Origin: Bacteriovoracaceae bacterium
GTDB lineage: Bacteria > Bdellovibrionota > Bacteriovoracia > Bacteriovoracales > Bacteriovoracaceae
Assembly (NCBI GenBank): GCA_048270185.1
Contig: JBLWTJ010000001.1
Coordinates: 32,001 to 96,000 of the forward strand
Direction: 5' to 3'
DNA length: 64,000 nt
Within the stretch, counting starts at the first letter, position 1. Every line of letters starts with the position of its first letter. The notes beneath the pieces are model-generated. The model did not search any database. It had not been told where the DNA came from and was given only the letters and a program-made list of their open reading frames with translations. The position numbers and the translations under genes were made by a program. This document shows, one piece after another, positions 10,566 through 19,118 of this stretch.

Positions 10566-11405
10566 TTAAATCTTAATTGTTAGTGACGCGTATACAGATG
10601 AGTCCCGCTCATCAAAGAACTCGATTTCAGTTTTTCTCCCGTTTGGAGATAGGGGAGAACCCCCAAACTCATGTCCTACTTCTAAGTTAAATGCTGATGT
10701 AAAACTGTAGCCGACGGCCTGTGAAAATGAATAAAGGTCTTTAGTATTATTTTCATAAGTCCAACCTTTCATGTAAGTTCCACCTAGATTAAAGTAGAGC
10801 TTATCTGTTGCACTATATGTAAGGTAAGCAACTCCTGATAGTGAATAAGATGTATTTGATCTTCCCGTAAGCGAAGTTTTGAACTCATGGAAATTCTTAG
10901 TTGCTCCTAGTATCGTCAGAATTGAAAAGTTCTTAAGAGGAAGGATCTCATCAGAAATAGAAATACCTTCAGATAGACTTACTCCTGTTCTTAGTTTTGC
11001 GTAGTCTTTTGATCCCTCACTTGTTGGGATCTTAAAAGATAGGGAACCGAATGAAACAATACCCTTTGTTGGTGATGCCACATTTCGTGAGAATGAGAAT
11101 GATGAATCACCCATATAAGCTTCTCGCTCATTCGTGAGCTCCTTTGAAAATGAAGTCTTAGCACTGATACTTCCAAAGCCAGTTACATAACCAAACTTCA
11201 AAGAGTTTTGAGTACTTGCTGAGTGCTGTGTATCACTTGTCTTTAAAAGATCTCTTGAAATTGTTGAGTCAACTCGTAGTGACCATCTCTTCTTGTCTTC
11301 GAGTCCTTTTTTGACACTCGCAACATTACTGGTACTACTTTGCGCCACTGCTGTTGCAGAAGTAAACGCTAATAAAATTAATGACATACACTTAAATAGT
11401 GTCAC
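10566..11405 (-). CDS. Predicted outer-membrane beta-barrel protein
   Basis: Signal peptide (ATAVA|Q); alternating beta-strand pattern; C-terminal VYASLTIKI; GTG 11405 follows AGGAG (track start 11423). Confidence 0.7.
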   Translation of the reverse strand: MTLFKCMSLILLAFTSATAVAQSSTSNVASVKKGLEDKKRWSLRVDSTISRDLLKTSDTQHSASTQNSLKFGYVTGFGSISAKTSFSKELTNEREAYMGDSSFSFSRNVASPTKGIVSFGSLSFKIPTSEGSKDYAKLRTGVSLSEGISISDEILPLKNFSILTILGATKNFHEFKTSLTGRSNTSYSLSGVAYLTYSATDKLYFNLGGTYMKGWTYENNTKDLYSFSQAVGYSFTSAFNLEVGHEFGGSPLSPNGRKTEIEFFDERDSSVYASLTIKI

Positions 11406-11452
11406 ATTGTCTCCTTTTCTCACCCTGAAAATTCAAATAGTCTAGTACTTGA

Positions 11453-11468
11453 TGCAAATAGTATGCCA
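11453..11468 (-). promoter_or_regulatory. Sigma54 (-24/-12) promoter
   Basis: Minus strand TGGCATACTATTTGCA, GG-N10-GC spacing, ~50 nt upstream of the barrel gene. Confidence 0.75.
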
Positions 11469-11557
11469 TTCGTTCAAGTACGTTCAGGTTCGAGTTTCAG
11501 TGTAAGTATATAACTTTACGCATTATGTAGAGGCAATTTTGAAAAATCTATAATGGG

Positions 11558-11576
11558 TGTGTATGAATTATGCACA
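11558..11576. promoter_or_regulatory. Possible enhancer-binding-protein site
   Basis: Near-palindrome TGTGTAT-gaatt-ATGCACA about 100 bp upstream of the sigma54 promoter. Confidence 0.4.
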
Positions 11577-11634
11577 TATGACTGAAGAACGAGCATTTTC
11601 AAATGAATAATATTGATGAGTTGCACGAGATATT

Positions 11635-11777
11635 AAAAGAGGGGCCATTGGAGATGACCCCCCGTTACACCTAGGTCCCAAAAAGAGAGAGGGATTATGA
11701 GGGATATTAGGACCTAAATGAAATGTAACCAAAAATAACACGAAGTACGCGGTGCGTTATCTTCTCTTAATGAGTAT
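11635..11777 (-). ncRNA. Candidate small regulatory RNA (three hairpins, C/U-rich loop, intrinsic terminator)
   Basis: Stems 11735-11760, 11664-11729 and 11641-11661 fold with G.U pairs only on the minus strand; U-tract; sigma28-like promoter at 11784-11810; 5' end estimated. Confidence 0.65.
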
Positions 11778-11783
11778 GCTTTA

Positions 11784-11810
11784 TAAACGGCTAGAGTGAT
11801 AGAGAAATTA
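11784..11810 (-). promoter_or_regulatory. Sigma28-like promoter of the sRNA candidate
   Basis: TAAT-N15-GCCGTTTA. Confidence 0.5.
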
Positions 11811-11832
11811 AGTTAATTTTGTTTAATTGAAG

Positions 11833-12519
11833 TTAAAGAAATCTCTTAAGAATGCCACTTGTTAGCATCTCTTTAAAGCCCACTTCATTTTCATTCCAGA
11901 CTTGCTCAAGTGTGACGCCGCTATCAAGGGTTGGACATTCAAATGTGAGAACAGGGCTTTTTAGATCAACACTTCCATATGTTCCAAGTGAACCAGGTGT
12001 TGGATAGCCGATATCGTCGGCAACAGGGTAGTTATTATGCTTTGCTAGTAGCTGCGCTACATCTTGGCAGTCACCGTTGTAGTTTATAATTGGCTTCCAT
12101 GAGTGGATCGATAGAATGAAGGCCGGAGGGTAGACTTTAAAGAGCTGATCTAGGTATTGGTTTTCAGGCTCACTAAGAGGGGCCTTGCCTGGATTGTACT
12201 TATCTTCTGTGTACTCGCTCTCCCAACTGGCCGTCGGCAGATTGCGATTGAGATCAACTCCATTAGCATTGATACGAGTTCCTGCCGCAACACCATCGAC
12301 ATTGACGATTGGTATCACTACAAGTGGAAGATCTATCTGAGTACTATCAAGCTCTTTTAGCCATGAATAGATTTCTTTTAGACAATGGACGCCTTCGACT
12401 TCATCACCGTGTACTCCGGCCATGAGATAAATATAGCGTGGAGCCTCAAGTTTATTCTTGAAGGATTGGATTTCTTGGCCGTTTACTGATTTTCCAGAGT
12501 CTAATTTTATAAATTCCAT
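11833..12519 (-). CDS. mpaA: M14 zinc carboxypeptidase, murein peptide amidase A-like
   Basis: GVHGDE, NANGVDLNRN, SIHS, GYPTPGSLG, TFE motifs. Confidence 0.8.
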   Translation of the reverse strand: MEFIKLDSGKSVNGQEIQSFKNKLEAPRYIYLMAGVHGDEVEGVHCLKEIYSWLKELDSTQIDLPLVVIPIVNVDGVAAGTRINANGVDLNRNLPTASWESEYTEDKYNPGKAPLSEPENQYLDQLFKVYPPAFILSIHSWKPIINYNGDCQDVAQLLAKHNNYPVADDIGYPTPGSLGTYGSVDLKSPVLTFECPTLDSGVTLEQVWNENEVGFKEMLTSGILKRFL

Positions 12520-12592
12520 AAAGAAATTGTGGTTGAAGTTTTCTTTTTTGTAAATGAAGTTTTATACTTATGTTTTAAGGATTGGATAATTA

Positions 12593-13231
12593 ATGAAGAA
12601 ACAAAATATTTATAAAGTTTTAGATTACCTAGAAAGCGTTTTAGATACTCAGGATGATCATGATGCCCTTGAGCAATTAAGAGAAAGTGTTGATTTACTA
12701 GAAGATATAGATACTGGTGTTTCAAGTGCTATTGGTGGCTTTGCAATTGCTTCAGAGGCCCAAGGTGCATACACTGTCTATAGTGATGGAGGATGTCGCG
12801 GAAATCCTGGACCTGGTGCGTGGGGTGCCATGGGACAATCGCCTGATGGAAAAGTGTTCTTTGAGAGTTCAGGCTTTGAATTTCATACAACTAATAACAG
12901 AATGGAGTTAACCGGGGCCATTGAATCCCTGCGTTCATTAGAAAATGAATTAGAAGAGCAAGGCCTGGGCCTTGATCATCCAGCTTTTCTTTATAGTGAT
13001 TCAAAATATGTCGTGGACGGTATTTCAAAGTGGGTTCCAGGCTGGAAGGCCCGTGGATGGAAAAAGGCCGATAAGAAAACCCCTGAGAACGTCGAGTTAT
13101 GGCAAAGCTTTGATGAAATGGCCGCAAAATTCTCAAACCTCTCGTTTCGCTGGGTAAAGGGTCATAGTGGACACCCTCAGAATGAGCATTGTGATCAATT
13201 GGCAAATAAGGCCATGGATGAAAATATTTAA
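12593..13231 (+). CDS. rnhA: Ribonuclease HI with N-terminal extension
   Basis: YSDGGCRGNPGPG, TTNNRMEL, DSKYV, WVKGHSGHPQNEHCD. Confidence 0.95.
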   Translation: MKKQNIYKVLDYLESVLDTQDDHDALEQLRESVDLLEDIDTGVSSAIGGFAIASEAQGAYTVYSDGGCRGNPGPGAWGAMGQSPDGKVFFESSGFEFHTTNNRMELTGAIESLRSLENELEEQGLGLDHPAFLYSDSKYVVDGISKWVPGWKARGWKKADKKTPENVELWQSFDEMAAKFSNLSFRWVKGHSGHPQNEHCDQLANKAMDENI

Positions 13232-13311
13232 GCTTGAAAAGCAAGTTAAAGGCAATTAACCTATTATAGAAAACTTTATTAAAGTAGATCAATTTATACA
13301 AAGGATGTTAA

Positions 13312-13995
13312 ATGAAGAAACTACTAGCGACAATGGCATTAGCGCCATTACTATTCGTTTCATGTAGCAAGAATGCTGAAGTGAAGCCAGAAACTGAAAA
13401 CGATAAAATCTTCTACTCTGTCGGTCACGTTTACGGTGCTCGTTTCAAAGATTTCAAACTAACTGACAAAGAAATTGCTAACCTTATTCAAGGGGTTCGT
13501 GATGGAGCAGCAAATAAAGATACTGGAATTGATACAAGAAAATTTGCTTTCAAATTCAGAGATGTTGTTAATGCAAGAATGAGTGAAGTTTCTAAGACTG
13601 AAAAAGATGCTGGAGCAAAATTCTTAGAAGAATTTGTTACTAAAGAAGGTGCTAAGAAGACTGAATCTGGTCTTGCTTACAAAATCATTGAAGCTGGTTC
13701 AAGCAAGAAAGCTAAGCCAACTGATACAGTAAAAGTTCATTATAAAGGAACTCTTAGAGATGGTACTGAATTTGATTCATCTTACAAAAGAAATAAGCCA
13801 ATTGAATTCCCATTAAATAGAGTTATCAAAGGTTGGACTGAAGGGATGCAACTTATTGGTGAAGGTGGAAAGATCAAACTAGTTATTCCATCTGAGCTTG
13901 CTTATGGCGATCAAGGTGCTCCTCCATCAATTCCAGGTGGTGCAACACTTACTTTTGAAGTTGAACTAATTGAAGTTCTACCAGCAAAGAAATAA
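13312..13995 (+). CDS. FKBP-type peptidyl-prolyl isomerase (lipoprotein)
   Basis: Lipobox [32 protein letters not shown]. Confidence 0.95.
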   Translation: MKKLLATMALAPLLFVSCSKNAEVKPETENDKIFYSVGHVYGARFKDFKLTDKEIANLIQGVRDGAANKDTGIDTRKFAFKFRDVVNARMSEVSKTEKDAGAKFLEEFVTKEGAKKTESGLAYKIIEAGSSKKAKPTDTVKVHYKGTLRDGTEFDSSYKRNKPIEFPLNRVIKGWTEGMQLIGEGGKIKLVIPSELAYGDQGAPPSIPGGATLTFEVELIEVLPAKK

Positions 13996-14024
13996 TTAGT
14001 TAAAATATTACTAAATACCTCGAT

Positions 14025-14063
14025 GGGCCTTCTTAAGTTTACTTAATGAAGGCCTATTTTTTT
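14025..14063 (+). terminator. Intrinsic terminator
   Basis: GGCCTTCTTAAG...CTTAATGAAGGCC then T-run. Confidence 0.7.
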
Positions 14064-14144
14064 GTCATCACTAAGACATTTGATCTTCATTGTGTTCTCC
14101 TAGATTGTAACTAGAAATTTTTATCAATTTTACGGAGGATACTG

Positions 14145-14294
14145 GTGAAAACTTTTCTTGTTCTAGTCTTACTTATTGGGCCACTTTCACAAGATGCTTA
14201 TGCAAAGCACTCTCGTCACAAAGGAGAGTCTTTTTTTCAATATATTATAAGAATTTTGATTAAACCTTCTGTTCCCCACGATAGAGAGAATTAA
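14145..14294 (+). CDS. Small secreted protein (49 aa), not in ORF track
   Basis: GGAGG RBS, GTG start; MKTFLVLVLLIGPLSQDAYA|KHSRHKGESFFQYIIRILIKPSVPHDREN. Confidence 0.65.
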   Translation: MKTFLVLVLLIGPLSQDAYAKHSRHKGESFFQYIIRILIKPSVPHDREN

Positions 14295-14300
14295 GGTCTT

Positions 14301-15254
14301 TTAGAAAGCGTAACCGACACTTAGTCCAAGTAAAGTCATGTCTGTTGATTGCTGAAAGCCATCGGCGAATTCTTCACTTGATTGGAGTGCTTCAAAATTC
14401 ACTTTAAAGATCAGGGATTGATTTGTTGATATTTTATATTCAAGTCCTAGACTTACAGAAGGAAGCAGAATGGCAGTTCCAACTCTTGCCGTATTTTGAA
14501 TCTCTGTTTGTGAACGTCCAAAACCGGCTCCAATGCTAACAAAGTAGCTAAATCGATAGCTCCAGTCATTTTGAAATGAAAACTTTAAATCGGCCGTTCC
14601 CATCATTCTCATCGATTCTTGCTCAACACTAGGGTTTGTCAGTGTTAAAAGATCGGTATCATAACGTCCGCCTAGAATTAGCTGAATTGTTTGATTAAAG
14701 GGAATAGCGTAATGGAGTTGAAAACTATCTCCAGTTCTTGAACCATCATTATTTGTACTATCTGTCGTTGATTCACTAAGTCCTTGGTTCTTTGCGTAAA
14801 AGAATTCAAAACGATTTTCATATTTAATGTATTGCCTTTCTCTAAGAGCACTTTCTTCTTTGGCCAATAGCTGTTGATAATTCTCATCACCAAGTATCTT
14901 TGGAATTTCTAGCCATACTCTTTCAGGTGAATAATTTACTGTAACGATATCACCTTTTTCAAAAGGAACTTTTATATTGTTGTCACTTACTAACCATTGG
15001 GAATACTCTTTTGTGATTGATAGAGCACGGGCCGTGAATGAGATTGATTTATTTGAAAATAGGGAAGTTTGACCTTTGATAATTCCATCGGCCAGTCCTT
15101 TTCTTATGATGAAAGACAAACCGTCATTTGCTATTTTTTGAACAACGACAAGGTTTGTATTGAGTCTCTTATCTTGTGCTAAAGAGTTATGAGATGAAAA
15201 GAGAATGAAGGCAGTGACCACAAAAGATTGCAAAATACGATTTAGCTTGTTCAT
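14301..15254 (-). CDS. Outer-membrane beta-barrel protein with N-terminal periplasmic domain
   Basis: Signal peptide SLA|Q; OmpA-like strand pattern; terminal LSVGYAF beta-signal. Confidence 0.75.
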   Translation of the reverse strand: MNKLNRILQSFVVTAFILFSSHNSLAQDKRLNTNLVVVQKIANDGLSFIIRKGLADGIIKGQTSLFSNKSISFTARALSITKEYSQWLVSDNNIKVPFEKGDIVTVNYSPERVWLEIPKILGDENYQQLLAKEESALRERQYIKYENRFEFFYAKNQGLSESTTDSTNNDGSRTGDSFQLHYAIPFNQTIQLILGGRYDTDLLTLTNPSVEQESMRMMGTADLKFSFQNDWSYRFSYFVSIGAGFGRSQTEIQNTARVGTAILLPSVSLGLEYKISTNQSLIFKVNFEALQSSEEFADGFQQSTDMTLLGLSVGYAF

Positions 15255-15353
15255 AGTCTTATTTTATAGGTAAAGCCAAGTTTAGGTAATCATTGAAAAA
15301 ATCTCCGTAATCATCTATTTACCTGAGTTATGTACTACAGTAATATTAATAGT

Positions 15354-15380
15354 TTAACTTTATTTATTAATCTCCGATAT
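15354..15380 (+). promoter_or_regulatory. Sigma28-like promoter
   Basis: TTAA-N15-TCCGATAT upstream of the fibre gene. Confidence 0.6.
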
Positions 15381-15394
15381 GAATTTAGGGATTT

Positions 15395-18300
15395 ATGAAT
15401 ATGAGAATAAAAATTTTAATTTTACCATTTATTTTACTTGCTCTTGCTTCTTGTCAGCCGGCCGGAAATACTAGTCGTTTGGATAGTAATTCGTCGAATA
15501 CAACTGATTTAAGTAAGAAGCATCAGATCTCTCTAATTGAAGTTTCTTCTAATCAATTAATTCTTAATGGAACAAATCTAAATACTGTTTCAGCAGTAAA
15601 GACTAAGTATGGCCCTCAGGTCATCAATTTAAATATTTTATCCAAAACGGCCAATATGGTGAGACTCTCTATTCCAAATGGAATGAAATTAGTTGCTGGA
15701 TATCTTTATGATCTTGTTGTTACTGATGCCTTTGGACAATCGACGACAACAATCAGCTTTGATGTCCAAGATGATTCGATTTCGACGAGTAAAATCCAAG
15801 ATGGCAGTATTACGAATTCAAAGCTTGGTTCTTTAGGAGCGACGACGGCGGGACAACTCCTGCAATATGATGGTGCAGATTGGGTTGCTGTTGATTACGT
15901 TGGTGGAAATAATTATCTTGGAAGAATTGTTCTTGCGCCAAGTGGTTCTGTGCTTCCTTTATCGACATCAGGCTTTAATAATGGTGACTTCTACGTTATT
16001 AACGATGCTTCTGCTGTTGTAGGGGATGTGAATGATCCAGCAGGAGTTGGAGCGATAACGTACAATCCTGGAGATATTATTCGCCTTAATACAGCTTTAT
16101 CAACTCCTGAGTGGGAGTTACAGTCAAGTGGTACATCTTACGTTGGTCCATGGAGTGTTAGTGGATCAAATATTCGAAGAGTGTCTTCTAATAAAGTCAC
16201 AATCCATAATACCGCATATGATGGTCCAGCAATGTTTAATGTTGGTACTGATTCGGCAGCTTCCGCAACAATTGAGGATAGCTCTCTAATTAGTATTGCT
16301 GGTAATGTTGCATCAGGGGCCGGTCAATGGTCGAGAGCGATGTCTTTTGGTCTAAGAGATGAAAGATATGCAACGATGGGGGTTATGGGTTCTAACTCTG
16401 GCTTTGGTACAGCAGGTGATTACTTTTATATTGATGTTGATGGAGCAGGGAGTCCTTCAGGAACACCGTGGCTTAATGCAGATTTCTATATTGCAATGAA
16501 TGGTTATACCTATTTAGGAATGATTCCAGATGGTTCAAGCTATCGACTAAATGTAAATGGTGATACAAGAATTCATGATGATCTTGATGTCGATGGGAAT
16601 ATTGTCGCATCATCTTTCACTGGTGATGGCTCTGGGATTACAAATGTTAATGCGACTAATATGACGAACTCTTCAACGATGACACTTCAAGGTGGAACAA
16701 GTGGAAGTGGAAATATTGCATTTCAATCAAATACTTCTGACTTTGCCGTCTTTGATTCTCAGGGGTATCTATCCTTTGGACATAATAATGCGAACTCAAC
16801 AGACTATACGGCAACAGCTCAGATTGATGTAAGAAGTAATTCTGAAGATGTTGTTGGTCAGTTTTATTCATATGATGGCAACCAATCTTCCATCAATTTA
16901 GGTTCATCTCAAGGTTTAACGACAGGTCCTGTTGCTACTGCTACTGGAGATTCTCTTGGTTCAATTAACTTTGGAGGGGATAATAGTACTGGAATTGTAA
17001 GTTCTTCAAATATTACTTCACGTGCAACAGAAAACTTTGCTGCTGGTAATCTTGGATCAGAACTAGCATTTAGTACAACTCCAAATACAACAAATACACC
17101 TGTTGAAAGTATGAAGTTATCGCACGATGGGCGTCTTCTTGTTGGTGTACCTGCCTTAAGTGATACTTCAGCTAATTCGTTAGTTGTTGGTGGAGATACT
17201 CTATTAGATGGTGATATGAGAAATACTGGTCTTTCAACTTTTTTCAATATTGATTTAGGTGGTACTTTTACACAAACAGGTGGTGGAGTTGTGAGTCTTG
17301 ATGGGCCATTAACTTCGACAAATAATATCACCGGAGCAAATGTAACTTCCACTGGTGGTATGACAAACACAGGTGTTCTACAGAATTTTGGTAATGCTAA
17401 TGTTATTGGTGACCTTGAAGTTACTGGTACAACAACATTCAACGGTAATATTAATCTTAATGGAGATATTGCGCTTCAAAATCTTACTGTTAATACGATT
17501 GGCGGTAATACTTCATCGAGTACAGCAAGTTTTGGGACCATTACGGCAGTTAGTAAACTAATTGGTGTTGGAGATTCGAATAATTCAATTCTAAAAGGTG
17601 GTTCGGCCAATAACTTTGAAGTTAACTTGGGCCCAACTGAAATAAAGGTTGGTAACGTTAACACTGGTGGAACAGTTACAACAGCTATTCCACTTGCTCT
17701 TTATACAAACGATACAGCTCGTTTACATATTTCGACAGCAGGTGATGTCGGTATTGGTACTACAACACCAACTCAGGCCCTCGATGTAAATGGAAATATT
17801 ACAGCAACTCAATTATGTATTGGAACGGATTGTCGCTCAGTTTGGCCTGATACTCTAACTGATATTGCTGATGGTGTTACAATTGAAGAAAATGGCGCAA
17901 ATAAATTACAAGTTGTAGCCGGGAGTATTCAAAACTCTCACCTGGCCTCGGGAATTGATGCAAGTAAGATAACAACTGGAGCAATAAATGATTCTCTTTT
18001 AGGTCCAACTGTATCTAAATTAGGTCAAACGATAGAGTCTTCAGAAATCACTGATGCAACAATTGTAAATGCTGATATTAATGCCGCAGCTCAAATTGCA
18101 TGGAGTAAGATTAATAATAGTGGTGTCATCACAAATGCAAATATCCACCCTACAGCAGCTATTGATTACGCAAAATTAAATATTGCAGATGGTGCTATCC
18201 CTTACGCAAAACTAAGTGTTGCTGATGGAGATATACCTTATGCTAAGTTGACTGTCGCTGATGGAGATATACCTTATGCTAAGTTGACTGTCGCTGATGG

Positions 18301-18928
18301 AGATATACCTTATGCTAAGTTGACTGTCGCTGATGGAGATATTGCGTGGACTAAACTCGATACTTCAGTCGATGTAGGTATTGGCACAAGCTCTCCAACT
18401 GAGAAATTACATGTTGTTGGAAATCTTCGCGTTGAAGGTACAACTGACTGTACATTAGGAGATGGAGCTGGAGCAACGAATTGTACTTCAGATCGAAGAT
18501 TAAAAGATAATATTGAAAATATACCTAATGCTCTTGATAAGATTAAATCACTTAATGGTGTCTCGTTTGATTGGAATGAAAAATCAATTGCGCCAGGAAA
18601 GCACTCAATTGGTGTTATCGCTCAAGATGTTCAGGCCCAATTTCCAACGGCAGTAATTGAAAATAGTGAAGGCTGGCTGGCCGTTGATTACGCAGTTCTA
18701 GTTTCTCCTTTGATTGAGGCCGTAAAGGAATTAGATAAGAACCTTGAAATGTATAAGTTAATGAGTGAAGGCGTTGAGCAAAAGGTTGAGGCAAATACTC
18801 GTGCTATAGCTAGTTTAAAAGAAGAGAATACGGCCTTAAAAACGCAGGTCAATAAGCTTAAAGAGGACAATGCACAAATGAAAGAGGCCCTGTGTAGCAT
18901 GAACTCATCTTTTAAGTTTTGTCAGTAG
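15395..18928 (+). CDS. Phage-tail-fibre-like trimeric adhesin lipoprotein with C-terminal S74 chaperone
   Basis: Lipobox LALASC; VGIGTTTP/VGIGTSSP fibre motifs; S|DRRLKDNI, GVIAQDVQ and VDYAVLVSPLIEAVKEL S74 motifs; C-terminal coiled coil. Confidence 0.88.
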   Translation: MNMRIKILILPFILLALASCQPAGNTSRLDSNSSNTTDLSKKHQISLIEVSSNQLILNGTNLNTVSAVKTKYGPQVINLNILSKTANMVRLSIPNGMKLVAGYLYDLVVTDAFGQSTTTISFDVQDDSISTSKIQDGSITNSKLGSLGATTAGQLLQYDGADWVAVDYVGGNNYLGRIVLAPSGSVLPLSTSGFNNGDFYVINDASAVVGDVNDPAGVGAITYNPGDIIRLNTALSTPEWELQSSGTSYVGPWSVSGSNIRRVSSNKVTIHNTAYDGPAMFNVGTDSAASATIEDSSLISIAGNVASGAGQWSRAMSFGLRDERYATMGVMGSNSGFGTAGDYFYIDVDGAGSPSGTPWLNADFYIAMNGYTYLGMIPDGSSYRLNVNGDTRIHDDLDVDGNIVASSFTGDGSGITNVNATNMTNSSTMTLQGGTSGSGNIAFQSNTSDFAVFDSQGYLSFGHNNANSTDYTATAQIDVRSNSEDVVGQFYSYDGNQSSINLGSSQGLTTGPVATATGDSLGSINFGGDNSTGIVSSSNITSRATENFAAGNLGSELAFSTTPNTTNTPVESMKLSHDGRLLVGVPALSDTSANSLVVGGDTLLDGDMRNTGLSTFFNIDLGGTFTQTGGGVVSLDGPLTSTNNITGANVTSTGGMTNTGVLQNFGNANVIGDLEVTGTTTFNGNINLNGDIALQNLTVNTIGGNTSSSTASFGTITAVSKLIGVGDSNNSILKGGSANNFEVNLGPTEIKVGNVNTGGTVTTAIPLALYTNDTARLHISTAGDVGIGTTTPTQALDVNGNITATQLCIGTDCRSVWPDTLTDIADGVTIEENGANKLQVVAGSIQNSHLASGIDASKITTGAINDSLLGPTVSKLGQTIESSEITDATIVNADINAAAQIAWSKINNSGVITNANIHPTAAIDYAKLNIADGAIPYAKLSVADGDIPYAKLTVADGDIPYAKLTVADGDIPYAKLTVADGDIAWTKLDTSVDVGIGTSSPTEKLHVVGNLRVEGTTDCTLGDGAGATNCTSDRRLKDNIENIPNALDKIKSLNGVSFDWNEKSIAPGKHSIGVIAQDVQAQFPTAVIENSEGWLAVDYAVLVSPLIEAVKELDKNLEMYKLMSEGVEQKVEANTRAIASLKEENTALKTQVNKLKEDNAQMKEALCSMNSSFKFCQ
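18221..18342 (+). repeat. In-frame 36-nt tandem repeat (3 identical copies + 14 nt)
   Basis: GCTGATGGAGATATACCTTATGCTAAGTTGACTGTC at 18221, 18257, 18293; encodes ADGDIPYAKLTV. Confidence 0.95.
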
Positions 18929-19066
18929 TGAAGTGATATCGTCAGGATATATGGGCATTTTTCCTTTGTTACACTTCTCTAACTATATAAAATTACATTA
19001 GTTTCGAAGTCGAGTTCTATACATCCTATAATATTGAAATAACTTATTTCTTTTTTTAGCTAAGTT

Positions 19067-19093
19067 TAAAGTTAAGAAATTAAATGGCGATAA
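19067..19093 (+). promoter_or_regulatory. Sigma28-like promoter
   Basis: TAAA-N15-GGCGATAA. Confidence 0.7.
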
Positions 19094-19118
19094 GTTATTG
19101 GGATATTTGGGAAAAGTA

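Noticed and set aside
11641..11717. Plus-strand CsrA-sponge RNA (several GGA motifs)
   Set aside because: The stems need G.U pairs available only on the minus strand, and the U-tract and promoter are also minus-oriented; less likely though not formally excluded
18221..18342. CRISPR array (36-nt repeats)
   Set aside because: Repeats are contiguous with no spacers, are in frame within a CDS, and no cas genes are present
15395..18928. Prophage (tail fibre with S74 domain)
   Set aside because: The protein has a lipoprotein signal and there are no capsid, terminase, integrase or lysis genes nearby
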